A stretch of DNA of 64,000 nt. Source: Eledone cirrhosa (Eukaryota). The position numbers were made by a program, and so were the translations under genes. Within the stretch, counting starts at the first letter, position 1. The number at the start of each line of letters is the position of its first letter. The stretch is from NCBI GenBank assembly GCA_964016885.1, contig OZ024743.1:357120001-357184000 (forward strand), read 5' to 3'. Of the stretch, positions 37,449 through 51,329 are shown in pieces. The notes under the pieces are model-generated. The model did no database searches, was not told where the DNA came from, and saw only the letters and a program-made list of their open reading frames with translations.

Positions 37449-38438
37449 CGTGCGTGTTGGGTTTCTTTTAAAACACACACATACCCTTAAAATACGCTTT
37501 CAGAACTGGTACATCACCTTCTTCACTTCTACTACCAGAGTTGCTGCCTCGTAATGGTTTATTTCTTCTTCACCACCATCACAACTACCCTTCTCCATCA
37601 TGTACCACTGGCCGTTTGTTCGGGTGGTGGTGGTGGTGCTGGTGGTGCTGGTAGTGCTGGTTGTTGGTGATGGGAGTGTTGTTGTTGTTGTGGTGGTGCT
37701 GGTGGTGGTGGTGGTGTAGTGTAGGTCGAGGTGGAATAAGAGCTATGACAGAACTAGTTAGTGAGTTATCGCAGAAATTTAACCCTTTCTCGCCTTTAAC
37801 ACATATGCACGCACAGGCATTCCTTCTCAAATCAAATTCGTCCTTGTCCACTCCCCCCCCCCTCCTATTGCCCACAACATGTTCTATTGCAACTAGTTCA
37901 AGTTTCTGATCTATACCATATGTCTCGATGTACATCCCTCCCTCCGACGTTTCGCTTTCCAGTTATCTATCGACCGTCACTCACGCACGTACTCACACAC
38001 GCTCGTACACATTCACCTACATGCGCGCGCAGGGGCGTGATACGGAATTAAACCACCATTACTGTGTTGGGGGGTGTGAGCGCAGACCCGATGGGGTTGA
38101 GTACTGATCCGAGTTCAAATCCAATCTGGATCGATTTCGGCTTTCTTACCTTTCTGGGATAAAAGTAACAGATATGCTACTGATGTATTAGACGCAACAT
38201 GGCTGAATGGTTAAAAAGTTCGCTTTGTATTCATTAGGTCTCAGGTTCGATCTCACAGCGTTACATCTTGATCAAGTGTCATTCATCATTGCCTCAGGTT
38301 GATCCTGAGGCTATGATGAATGAAACTGGGCAGGTGGAAACTATTTGGAATCTCGTCTGATGGACTCTACATGTAAATCGAAAGACCATCCATGTCACAC
38401 ACTGCGTTATGTTGAATCTCCCCCAAAATTATGTTATG

Positions 38439-39016
38439 CAGACCTGCCAACTTCTAAAAACCCAAGCGGGGAGTACCATGAAAAAAAAATGTCCCCAAAC
38501 GGGGAGAAATAAGGCAATATTGGGAGATTTTACATAATTGTTTCTACGTTAGGCACAAGGCAAGCAATTACCCAGTGTATTACTGGTACTTTATTTTATC
38601 GACCCCGTAAGGATGAAAGGTTAAGTTAACCTCGACGGGATTTGAACTCAGAATGGCAAGGGCCGTAACTCTATGCGTCAAAGCATGGCGTCCGACCCTC
38701 TACCTATACTGCCAACAAATAATTGTTTCTACTTTTGGCACAAGGCCAGCAATTACCCAGTGTATTACTGGTACTTTATTTTATCGACCCCGTAAGGATG
38801 AAAGGCTAAGTTAACCTCGACGGGATTTGAACTCAGAATGGCAAGGGCCGTAACTCTATGCGCCAAAGCATGGCATCCGACACTCTACCAATACTGCCAA
38901 TCCACCGCTTTTACATAATGAAAGCTATTCCCATTTTCACAAGAGAAGTCATCTCTCACCCACCCCAAAGTGGGTGGGAAATCTCCCCCGTCGGACAGGG
39001 AGAGTTGACAGGTCTG
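38439..39016. mobile_element. P-like MITE carrying two S1 SINEs
   Basis: TIR CAGACCTGCCAAC/GTTGACAGGTCTG; empty homolog at 41157-41349. Confidence 0.75.
38539..38908 (-). mobile_element. Tandem pair of S1 SINEs with one 11-bp TSD
   Basis: TTTTACATAAT at 38528-38538 and 38909-38919. Confidence 0.9.
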
Positions 39017-39581
39017 CGTTGTGGATAGACGTGACTGTGGCATGCTCAGCTTCTTTCAAGTTAAATTTATGCGTAGGTTGTTCCCTTGATCGAACAACTA
39101 CAACACTCATCGCAGAAACTAATGGCAATCCATTCCATTAGAAAGGAGGGAGGGTACGATTCAGTGGAATACGTGGCCTTGTAGCAGCGTATTAAAATCT
39201 GTTACAAATAATATCTTTGGTAACGGCATAAACGCCACAATCTCCCATTCCCCACCACCACGATTATATTCTCGGGGTAATTTTATGTCCCCAGACTGCT
39301 GTTTCCTCCCTCCACCAAATCTAGACGAGAGCAACATGCATTAGCAAGGAACCCAACGGTGCAGAATTGATGATCGGTCGGGTATTGCTAGCTCTTCTCT
39401 GTGGCGATAATTTCACCATTTGGTACAGCTAAGATATACCGTCCAGTTTCCCCCCGCATCCTCAATTTCTCTCTTCTCCTTTTCTTTGCTTTCCTTTTTT
39501 ATTTTGTCATTGACTCCCGTTTTATTTTCAGGAATGGTACATCTAAGACTATATTATTCGATGCTTCTTTCCCTTTCATAA

Positions 39582-39738
39582 TAATTGTTTCTACATTTGG
39601 CACAAAGCCAGCAATTATGCCAGTGCATTTAAGGCAAAGTTAACCTCGGCGGGATTTGAACTCAGACGGTAAAGGGACATAACTCCATGTTACAAAGCAT
39701 GGTGTCCGACGCTCTACCGATACTGTCAATCCACCGCC
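39582..39738 (-). mobile_element. S1 SINE with internal deletion
   Basis: Head-to-head with 39853-40032 across (GA)n. Confidence 0.85.
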
Positions 39739-39755
39739 CCTTTATAATAATGACG

Positions 39756-39843
<88 letters not shown>

Positions 39844-39852
39844 TGTATTATA

Positions 39853-40032
39853 TTTGGCAGTATCGGTAGAGGGTCGGACGCCATACTTTCCAGCATAGTT
39901 ACGTCCCTTTACGATCTGAGTTCAAATCCCGCCGAGGTTGACTTTGCCTTTCATCCTTACGGGGTCGATAAAATAAAGTACCAGTAATGCACTGGGTAAT
40001 TGCTGGCCTTGTGCCTAAAGTAGAGACAATTA
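39853..40032 (+). mobile_element. S1 SINE
   Basis: Nearly identical to 4089-4270. Confidence 0.9.
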
Positions 40033-41156
40033 TATAAATTAATTATCGGTTGCACATCAGTAGTGAAATAAATATTCTGTTAAACTTCTTGAAGGAGTTA
40101 CTGTTGCTAAAACAGACATGTCACACTGCGGGTCCCCCGAGTACCACATGGGTCACATATGTGTTGTCTGAGGGCCACACATGACAACTAATTGCGCACA
40201 TTGCAACTATTCTTTTTTATTTTATATTACGAAGATAAAACATGCTCGCACTGTAAAAACCTTTGTGCGGCCCGCATCTTTGACATGTCTGTGCTAAAGC
40301 ATAAGTAAGGAACTAAAACTTGTACACAGAGTACATAATCTATTCTACATTTACAACATGCTAGAGAATTTGTTACTTCTATTCCACCCTCATCACAACC
40401 AACTTCTATTCCACCCTCATCACAACCATCTCTTCTTTTAGTCTCTTTCTCTTTCTCATACTGATCACTGACCACCTGGGTCATTGGCATTCACGCTGAC
40501 CACTTTAACAGTGTGTAGGAGAAGCAGGGAGAGAGAGAGAGCTTTGTCCCATGTCTAGACAAGAAGGTGTCTGTACGGTCAGCATTTTTATGTCTTACAA
40601 GAGTGTGCGTAAGTGTGTGTGTGTGTGTACTTGCGTTTACACAGAGTGGCTGTCTTTAGCTGTATATATATGAATGTGTACATATGTGTGATTGTTTCTA
40701 TGCACGCGCACGTACGAATGCCTGTTTTGTGTATATGTGTGTATATGTGTTTATGTGTGTGTATATCTGTATATCTGTGTAAGTCAAGATAGATCTTCCA
40801 TACACTTTTATGTGCATCTTGATTTATATATGCTGGTTAAAAACTCAACTTCAAGTGCCACTTTATAAACGTACGAATGGAATGGATCTCCGTCGTTTTC
40901 GACGTGAGAGTTACAGTTGTTCCATCAGCGGAACGGTTAGCATGTTCACCTATATGAGCTTGCTCACTTTATCTGGTCTAACACCAGTTAAATGAGTATT
41001 TAACGAGGATGAATAGATATTAACAAAAATGTGGCACAAATTAATCCAAAGATTCGATTTTCGGTAAAGGAACAGTATTAATATTAATTTCTAACCTTGG
41101 CATGAAGTTACAAACATCAGTATTAATAATGCAGTGGGGTACACGTGCGTATATAT

Positions 41157-41349
41157 GACCTGCCAACTTCTAAAAACCGAAACAGGGAGTACCATGAAAA
41201 CAAGGCCTCCAAAACGGGGAGAAATGAGGCAAAATGGGGAGATTTTACATAATGAAAGCTATACCAATTTTCACAAGAGAAGACATCTCTCACCCGCCCC
41301 AAAGACTATTGCAAATCTCCCCGTCGGACGGGGAAAGTTGACGGGTCTG
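41157..41349. mobile_element. P-like MITE (empty copy)
   Basis: GACCTGCCAAC...GTTGACGGGTCTG; colinear with 38439-39016 minus the SINEs. Confidence 0.75.
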
Positions 41350-41581
41350 GTGTACATTTATATCATTGTTGTTATTATTAGAACGTTGGACATGATGCTT
41401 TGCAGTTTTTAGTTACAGCCCTTTACGTTTTTAGTTCATATCCAGCCACGGTCGACTTCGTTTTTTTTTTATCCTTCCAGGGTCGAGAAGTAACCAGTCA
41501 AATACTGACATCGATTTAATTGTGCTACGTTGAATCTCCGTGAGAACTACGTTAAGAGTACACGTGTCTATGGAATGTTAA

Positions 41582-41801
41582 CTCTTTAATGTTCAAACAG
41601 GCCCAAACCGGCCAGAATTCTCTACCTCTTTCTGTTGAAACTGGCTGTAACTGGCCACTCATACTGATGTTAAGGTATTGTTCTCAAAATAAATACTTTC
41701 AAAATTTCATAGGTTCGATATTATGTGAGATAATTATGCGAGGTAAAACCTTTACCATGAAAATATAATAGTATATATAGAGTAATGTGAATGCTAAAGG
41801 G
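41582..41801. mobile_element. piggyBac-type MITE
   Basis: TTAA on both sides; ends AATGCTAAAGGG; homolog at 54035-54239. Confidence 0.8.
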
Positions 41802-42032
41802 TTAAATCATCTTGTATGCTAATTTCACGAGCAGGTTGCTCTGCTGATTAAACAAATGGAATACTCCTCGACGGAGATCCAATACCAACATCTCAACTAC
41901 TGACAGATCATGTTGACAACTTTGATAAACCAAACAACTGTCAGTCAATAATGTCATTTTATTTTTCTTTAAAAACATTTCTTGCTGTGTTGTGTATACT
42001 GTGGTGGGTTTGAAACAATTGACACCTTACAC

Positions 42033-42310
42033 CAGAGGTTCTCAAAGTGCCCCCCCCCCCTCCCCGGATTTTTTTTTTGGGGGGGGAGGGGGCGTTGAGA
42101 AGGTCCAGGGGGCGGTGAACGAGTGGTAGAGATTTTATAATAGCATATTAGATATCAAATGATACTTATATATATATAAATCAAGAAAGAAGAGTGACAT
42201 GGTTTGCTATACAATAAGGGCTTTATTCACATTGCTGACAATTGTTTCTCTGAACTGGTAGGTCTAGAGATCGCTACCCGCCTGTTTTTGCGTCAATCGA
42301 TCACCAATAC

Positions 42311-42399
<89 letters not shown>

Positions 42400-42750
42400 T
42401 AAAATAAAAAATACATATTTATTTATACATAGTTTAGCGGTGGATTGGCAGTATCGGTAGAGGGTTGGACGCCATGCTTTGCAGCATGGAGTTACGGGCC
42501 TTTACGATCTGAGTTCAAATCCCGCCGAGGTTAACTTTGCCTTTCATCCTTACGGGGTCGATAAAATAAAGTACCAGTAATGCACTGGGATAATTGCTGG
42601 CCTTGTGCCAAAAGTAGAAACAATTATTTATTATATATAAATTGACGATTTTATTTATTATATATTATTTACAATTTTCGTGTAGGCAGGTCTCTCTGGA
42701 AATAGGGGTGGAGGCATTGGTGGGCGGGGGTAAAAGTTTAAGAACCTCTG
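42033..42750. mobile_element. hAT-type MITE with S1 insertion
   Basis: TIR CAGAGGTTCTCAAA/TTTAAGAACCTCTG; 8-bp TSD ccttacac/tcttacac. Confidence 0.85.
42437..42626 (+). mobile_element. S1 SINE
   Basis: Full-length. Confidence 0.9.
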
Positions 42751-42799
42751 TCTTACACTCACTTCTATATATTCAAGTCAAATTGAAGGAAGAAGATTC

Positions 42800-42965
42800 G
42801 ATCATTATAAACTTGCGAGGAGTGTGCACTGTTGGATAACATCCATGAGCTCGGCTGGTCCCGCTGGGAAGATCCAGCTGGTTGCTTCTGACAGGACCCG
42901 CTGGATGGAGAATTTGGGGACTCTGTCCCCACGACCTCCCAAGAAGAAGAAAAGGGGGAGAAGAA
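42800..42965 (+). mobile_element. RTE LINE 3' tail fragment
   Basis: ggataacatccatgagctcgg... similar to 32085-32230. Confidence 0.55.
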
Positions 42966-43108
42966 AGCACGGTTGTATTCAGTTAGACATTTGGTGGATA
43001 TATTTAGTCACACAAACATCATTCTCATCACTGACATCCGCCTACTTCTTCACCTTATCTTTTTAAAATATGTATTAATTCTCCTCACTTAATCTCTTAC
43101 CCCCCCTC

Positions 43109-43176
<68 letters not shown>

Positions 43177-44216
43177 ATGTATGTACCACTCATTCATCTC
43201 TCTTGCACTCACTTTCTCTGAATACAGGGGCAAATCCCACCGAGGTCAACTTTGCCTTTTATCCTTCCAGAGTCAGTAAAATATCAGTTAAATACTCGGG
43301 TCGGTGCACTAGATTTCCCCCTTTCCTCAAATTTCTGACCTTGTACCTAAAGTAGAAGTAATTATTAAGCGTGATAGGGTGGCAGAACCATTAGACTCTC
43401 GATTATGTCACTTTATGTTCTGACATTGCCTTTCAACTTATGGTGCTGATAGTGTGTGTGTGGTGGTGGCGGCGGTGATGGTTTGTGTGTATGGTGGTGG
43501 TGGTGGTTTTGCAGGCGTTGATAAAATGAAATACCAGTGAAGATTTAATCGACTATACCCTTCCTTAAAAAAAAAAAAAATTTGGTGGCTTTGTGCCAAT
43601 ATGTCAATAATCGATATTTAATGAAATTAAGTAATATATAATTCTAAAAAAAAAAGATATAAAAGATATTTTGTCTTTGGAATAGGAAGAAGCTATAGAT
43701 TAAACTATTAAAATATCATGAGGTAAAAAATAATAATAAATAAATAAAATAAAAATTTAGATAAAAAGCCAGAATTGTAGAACTGTATAGAAAATTCCTC
43801 TCGGCTGTAAGATTGAAACGTCTGTCATTGCTGACAGCATGGTTATACTACTAATAAATTATAGATATACAGGTGAGCTCACTCAAACGGAGTTTAAGCT
43901 TGTTGCTTTCTTTATCAGTAAATATCTCTCCACTTTACTTACTTACCTCCATTCACGTTCACTGGCAGAAATTACGAAATCATAAACTAACACACACACA
44001 CACATCTCAAAGTTCAGGTGAAAAAAGTTATGCCAATAAAGTTTCAAGCTCAATGTATCTCCACGAATCAATGCTCAGCTTATATAGACACATTTATACA
44101 TGAATAATGGAGCTTGAGCAAGTTTTTTTGCCGTTTTTCATTTCTCCTTTAGATTTTTTCTGTTCATCCTTGAAGGATATAACCGGAATAAAATGTCTTT
44201 ATGCTTTCATGGCTAT

Positions 44217-44255
<39 letters not shown>

Positions 44256-44413
44256 ACGACCCGTTTCATCAAGTTTCTTCATTAAACTGTAACAATACAA
44301 TGCTTGTAGATTATTTAGATTACATACACGCGTGTGTTTGTGTATATCTGTATTTATTGTTTGTGTGTTTGTGTGTTTGACTTAGCAGGTTTCAAACTTT
44401 CTCACACATATCT

Positions 44414-44452
<39 letters not shown>

Positions 44453-46602
44453 CATCCAAACATTTTTTGTCGACTAACCGTGTATTTTTACAACTACTAC
44501 TACTTTTTCTTTCCCTATCTTTCACCTAATCTTCTTAACTCTCTTTTCCTGTCCATTCTCCTCTCTGTCTCATGTTGTTTCTATCTTTAATCTCTCTCTC
44601 TCTCTCTCTCTCTGTCCATCACCAATTGTTATATCAGTCTATACAAAATACCATCTGATTTACAACGTGTGCAGAGCACACACAACACTCCTTTTAGCAT
44701 TAATCATCCCATCATCCCCTTCCTGGTGCCTGAATCTACCAAACAAAACCCAGTGGTATGTAAATTACTGACACAGTATTTTCTCATTAAGTACGGCACT
44801 TACCTTGACTCTCCTCTCATTAAGTCTCGAAATCAACAATAATAATCAATATGGGTACAAAACCACAAATTTAGAGTGACAATATATAGTTGCTTAAATT
44901 GTGTCTTCCAATACTCCATTCGTACTTCATTATATCGAACCCAGAAGAGTAAACGGCAAAGTTGGCCTCGGCAAGATTTGAACTGAGGTTGCCTGTTTGT
45001 TCTATTATGTACAATTTTCACTTGTAGCAGCATATATTCAGAAACTAAAATTTCGTTTCATAGTTTGTATTTACGTTTCAGTTTTCCACTTTCCCATCTA
45101 GAAATTTCACCTTCACTTTAATAAAACACCCAAACAAGACTACGCAAAAATCGATGTAACCATGAGAGAAGAAGCTAAATGTAGCTACGGCATAACTACA
45201 GTTTAGTGACCCTTCAACTTTGTTTCCTCATAGCTTTCTTATTAATGCGTATTTTGAATGGAATTTTGCAGACAAATTTCCTAAGGTGTAGTTTACTGTT
45301 ATGTTCATGAAATTTATCAGAATTCTTTTCGCCGTTCATACTTGAAGGAATGTCATTGCGTTGTTGTATAAAATCAACGATATTATTCTGGTTGATATTA
45401 TTCAATATCAACCTGAAATTGGAAGGCATGTTGAAAACATTTCCTGGGTTTATGTGTAGACTACTACGAAAGTATTCAGTAATTTGAAAGCATTTATACT
45501 ATAATGAAACGTTTTTGAAAATTGAATTAATTTTTTTTAAAAATTCATCAACATAATCATAATCTAAACTTTAGAAAGCGTATCTCTGCAAAAATATGAG
45601 TTAAGAAAGTTATGAAAGTTGGTGAGTAGTCTAAACTGCAATTATGCCGCAATTACTTTGTGACTTGTATTTCAGAACTCTACTGATTTCAGTTGAAATC
45701 CTGCCAGGATCCACACTTAACTCTGAAAGCATCTGAAATCGATATTGCGAGTACAACTAATAAGATATGCAAGGCTTAAAAAGTCATTATTCATCCTCTT
45801 TTGGTAGTTTCACACCTGACGAAAAAGAATTACAAAATTGTTTTTAAGCCCCCATGATACTGCAGTTGTTTTTAGCCCAAGTCAGCCTTGGTGGAGCATA
45901 TTTATGATGAAGAGCGTATCAGCCTTGACTATCCACTAGCTTTGTTTATCAGGGATTAAATTGTGCAGTCTATTCTTTATTTAAGAGTATGATCCGATAG
46001 AAATCTAGCCATCATTTCTAGCAGGTCAAACCACCATCTGCAGACTCTCAAAGAATCTGTAGATATAGAGAATCTGTAGATGTATGAGAATTAGGAGACA
46101 CTATAGTTAGGAACGTGACACAAGCGAGCCCAAAGACCCTGTCTTCGCTTCCATGACAGTTGCCAGTGATAATGAACGAAAAAATAAATGGTTTAACTCT
46201 TTTGCAATGTCATACATCAAACCGAGCACTTTCGTTCGTTCTTTGCTCTGAAGAGGTGCGCTTTAACCGTGTATTATGCCCCCTTAGTAACGTCAATCTC
46301 CTGTCAAATTGAATAATTTTGAGAGAGGTCAGCTACCTTATCAATTTGAAAGATTATTTTCCTCCAACTCCAACCCCTACGCTTAAACGTTTTCTCTCAA
46401 TTTATTTCTAGTTTCCTCCCTCATACGAGGACTGTTATTTGATAAGAATGACCATTGTCTATTTATCATAATTATAGTAACCAATGTCCTATTATCTCAC
46501 AGTTTAACCTGGCCAAACGCTGTACTGAACACTTACTTGTACAGACTCTACGTATCTCTGTGCATATCTCTCTTTCTCTCATTACACACACACACACACA
46601 CA

Positions 46603-46642
<40 letters not shown>

Positions 46643-47357
46643 AACACACACAGAGCGAGAAGGATAGAAGATGGATAGATAGATACACTCAAAAATATGT
46701 AGATTCAGTATGTGTTCAGTTAATGTGTTGGATGAAATGCCTTGCAATATTTATTCCAACTCTTTACATTCTGAATTCAAATCTCTCTACGCTCAACTCC
46801 ACCTTTTGTCTTTCTGAGGTCAATGAAATAAAGTAACAATCAAATAGCAAGGTAAATAACTAATACAACACTTCCTCATTAAGTAAGGCACTTATCCCGA
46901 CTCGACTCTCATTAAGTCTTTATGCCAACAACGATATTGATTTATAATCAATATGGGCACAAAACCACAAATTTGGAGTGAGAATATACTTCATTGGTAC
47001 TTCATTATATTGAACCCGGAAAAGTGAACGGCAAAGTTGATCTCAGCAAGATTTGAACTTAGGCTGTCTGTTTGTTCTAATATGTACAATTATTTCTCCT
47101 TTCCTTACCAATGTGTGGTTTTATATGTATAGTAGAACAACTAGGGAAGTGGTTTGTATTCCAGCTCTTTACAATCTGAGTTCAAACTCTTCAACTTTAC
47201 CTGTCTGTGTCAAGAAATAAAGTACCAGTCAAGTATGATAAAATGAAGTATCAGTCAAATATGAGTTTCAGTTAATCAACTTACCCATCTATATATAAAT
47301 TTCTGCGATTCTGTCACAAAACGTAAAAAGTTAGGAGTAGTTTGACTACCTCATACT

Positions 47358-47606
47358 CAGTGCCGGATTTAGATTTGATGAGGCCCTAAGCTATTTGAGA
47401 TAATGGGGCTCTTTATATGTTATAAAAAATGCAAAACGTTCAATATTAAAGCAGAAAACTGTTTAAAACTATTGCATTATTTTAGTTCTTTTTTATCTTA
47501 TATTTTGGAAATGTACACACCGTTTTTTTTTTTTATTTTTTCGGGGCCCCAAGAAAGTGGGGGCCCTAAGCTATAGCTGTTTAGCTTATACGTAAATCCG
47601 GCCCTG
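47358..47606. mobile_element. hAT-type MITE
   Basis: TIR CAGTGCCGGATTTA/TAAATCCGGCCCTG; perfect 8-bp TSD CTCATACT. Confidence 0.9.
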
Positions 47607-48176
47607 CTCATACTACTCCTTTCTCTTTACGACTGCTGCCTGTGTGAATGTATGTGTGTAAGGGGAAGGAAGGGGATGGTGAAAAACTATGCTATGTGTG
47701 AGTGTATGTGTGCATTTGTGTAAATGTATCTGTGTGTGTTTGAGTGAATGTATGTCTGTGAGTGTATTTTTGTAATTGAGTCTGTGTTTGCGCATTTATA
47801 TTTATATACTCATATACATAAATGTATGCATATACACATACACGTCAGGATATGGAAAAAAAATTTAGTGCCCTAAATTGCTAATGGCAATTAGAAGCCA
47901 TTAGTATTGTTAATGTGAAGCAGTGGCAGCATCCATTACCTACACACACACTCTGGCTGGGGAGTTAGAGGTGGTTGTTTAACTTGAGTTTATGTAGGTA
48001 AGTTCATACCTGTGGTAAATACATAGGGATTTATGAAAACAAGATATTCCCCTGATACCACTCCACTTTACCTATCTGAGAGGTCAATGTGTCTTGCTAA
48101 GTACTTGATCTGTGACAACCCATCCTACCCTTGCTAGCAGGGAAAACAGGCATTGAATGATGACGATAATGATATA

Positions 48177-49294
48177 TCTATATATATAAAACTGTGGTTG
48201 TCTGTCTGTCTATCGATTTTTGGCACACATCTCCTCTTAGAATCTCTCACGGAATTGCACCGAAATTGCTATACTTGTACATTGAGCCCTAGCGAAGACA
48301 TCGGAAAAAAAATATTTCAAATTGACCCGCCCTATCTGACGAAATCGAATATAATGTATCGATTTTTGAGCGTAAGTGATCAGTTATTTCCCTTTGTTCT
48401 GTTTACATTGAGCGTCTGCGTGCAAAAATTAAAAAAATTACGCTGGCTTTCTCAGCGTTTAAAATGACATTAACACACTGCAAAATTCATCAGTTCGAAC
48501 ACTAAGCTTCCGTTTTGCTTCATTTCCATTTAAAAGCCTTTTAAAACAATATTTTTACTTGAAAACAAGTCTATTTAAAGACTACGTAAAACAAGCAAAT
48601 ATTTCGTAAAAAAAAGCAAAAATTATATAAGTTTATTTAAAATATATGTATCTGTAAATTTCGTTAGGCGTGCAGACAGACTTTAAGCCAAAAAAGAAAC
48701 TTAACATTGTAACTTTAACACAGCTACTGAGCGACCCCGAGCAACACCGGGCTGTATCTGTAAATTTCGTTAGGCGTGCAGACAGACAGTCGTGCAGACA
48801 GATAGTCGTGCAGAGAGGTGATATACGCGTGCAGACAGATAGTCGTGCAGAGAGGTGATATACGCGTGCAGACAGATAGTCGTGCAGAGAGGTGATATAG
48901 GCGTGCAGACAGATAGTCGTCCAGAGAGGTGATATAGGCGTGCAGACAGACAGTCGTGCAGAGAGGTGATATAGGCGTGCAGACAGACATAACTGATAAT
49001 TTGGTTACGCTAATGTTTTTCTCTGCGTTGCAGTGTTTACATTTTCGATCTTTGTTAATAAATAACCAGTGCAGTTTTTATCCCCAGCATCCTCTTTTGT
49101 TATAACATTCGGGTTATCGTTATGTTTTCTTAACTTCATAAGGCATATTGTTGGTTGAGGGAATATTAATCAAAAACACCACATGCAAGTCTGCACAGTA
49201 GACATTACAGTTTTTAAGCCAAAAAAGAAACTTAACATTGTAACTTTAACACAGCTACTGAGCGACCCCGAGCAACGCCGGGCTTTACTGCTAG
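48177..49294 (+). mobile_element. Non-autonomous Helitron
   Basis: 5' TC, 3' CTAG preceded by hairpin CCCGAGCAACGCCGGG, inserted at A|T; internal 37-bp minisatellite. Confidence 0.82.
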
Positions 49295-50907
49295 TATATA
49301 ATAAAAGGACGATTTATTGTCTTCATTACATTTATTGAGTAGTGTTGTGCATTTCGCTATTGATCAGCTCAAGTTCGATCTGTATCGATCTAGCCTGTCT
49401 CTGGAATCAAAAGCTCATCGGGCCTCAGCTGCGGTAAACACAGAATGCACATTACCCGCCCTAGATATTTAGTTCCTTCCTTAGTCAAGTGCTTACTGAA
49501 GAACAGATGAACCTACACTAACTACACGCTACACTCCGTAGATATATATATATATATATCATCATCATCATCATCATCATCATCATCGTTTAACGTCCAT
49601 CTTCCACGCTTGCATGGGTTTGGACGGGGTCATTTATACATACAATGCCACAATGAGATTATCACTAGAGTATTTGTAGTAACTTTAAAGGGTTTTAATA
49701 ATGTATTGTTCACATGCAGAACTATTTCATGGGATATATGTAGGGATAGAATCTTGGTGCAAAACTATTTTATGTGACATATGTAGTGATGTCTTGGTGC
49801 AGGACTAATTGTCATGTAGAGTGATAAGGTCTGGATGTAAGAATATTTTATGTGATGTGTAGTCAGGTGGGCGGCTAACAATTTTTCTATTTAAATAGAC
49901 TGAAGTGATGAGAAACAGATGAAGTCTTTAGATGTGATTCTATTTATCCATTCATTTCAATATGTTGTTAGTAAGTACATCTGTCTACCAACTATTTAAA
50001 AATTATAATTTGTCTATAGGGTATAGATTATTGTAAAATGCATTTTCAAAAGACAGTTATTTTGTAAATAGCTAATATTTCATTGTATTTTTTAAAGCTG
50101 TAAAACGACATATTTATAATATATCTAAAACAGAGGTAAATGAGAATTTTTGATGTTCATCCTTTCCCCAATACAATAGTTGTACAAGTAAGATATCTAC
50201 ACCTAGGAATGGCAGGAACTCAGGTCACTGAGTACTTTCCAGTGCATCATAGCATCCTTTTCAAAAGAAAATGACAGATTGATGATAAAGAAATATATTT
50301 AAATTGTTCTTCTTATATATGTTTTTATTGTTTTCTGTTTAGTCAGGGATGGAAGGGCAGTGCTCATGTCACTTTTCATGGCCTCTAAGACTGGAGAGAA
50401 GAAGGAAAATATCCTCAACTCTGAGACCTAGCCTAAATGTCTGCAACCAGTAGTTTTGTTAAGTGGTGGTGTTAAACTGGGAAATGAATTAAGTCTACCA
50501 CCCAAGTTGATCACAGTGAAATTTAAACTCAGAAGACAGATTAGTCAGAACATATGCCATAAAGAATTTTATCCGACACTAACAATTCCTTCAATCCCCC
50601 CTCATCAGGGGTTAATACTTTATTTTATTTCCCCAAAAAAGATGAAAGTTTATTGCAGCAAGATTTGAAGTCATGGAGCCAGAAAAAATACTGCAAAGCA
50701 TTTTGTTCTGGACTCTGAAGATTATTATTAAATAAAGAGGAAAAAATAAGAGTTCTTCACCGAATGGTATTACGTGAAGCAGCTAAACTAGACAATTAAT
50801 CTTATTTAACACTAGTACAAAGCTTGATGTTTTACAGATAGAATAAGTAATATTCAGTTTCTACAATCTTTAACATAGCTATGTTTGTGGATTATATGTA
50901 TATATAT

Positions 50908-51300
50908 CATCATCATCATCATTGTTTAACCTTCCATGCTAGCATGTGTTAGATGAGTTGTCCTGTTGTGAGACAAGTCAGATCAGGTCAGAGGACTGTT
51001 TCGTTCATACAGAACTATTTATGGCTTAGTTTCTATGGCTGGATGCCCTTTCTAATGCCAACTACATTTACAGTGTGGACTGGATGCTTTTTATTGTGGC
51101 ATCAAAACAACCACTTTACAGTGAAGACTGGGTGCTTTTTGTCATGACACCAACACAACCAATTTACTGGTTGATCTGGGTGCTCTTGTCATGTCACCAA
51201 CATGACCACTTTACAGTGTGGACTGGGTGCTTTTTGCTGTGGCATCAAGGTTCATGACTACCTTACGGGGTGAACTGGGCGTTTATTGTCATGTTGCTAC
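50908..51300 (-). mobile_element. Meta-SINE-type repeat
   Basis: gctggatgccctttctaatgccaac plus degenerate 48-bp units, as at 5539-5960. Confidence 0.7.
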
Positions 51301-51329
51301 AGTCATTGTGGTTCTATTACATCTCTGTT

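Larger units (their letters stand above)
38192..39130 (+). mobile_element. Old tRNA-headed SINE split by a MITE
   Basis: TGGCTGAATGG A box, GGTTCGATCTC B box; 3' part resumes after 39016 and resembles 41521-41890. Confidence 0.55.

Noticed and set aside
45021-45790. Possible DNA-transposon remnant (also 56497-56730)
   Set aside because: No TIR/TSD pair or coding similarity could be established by eye
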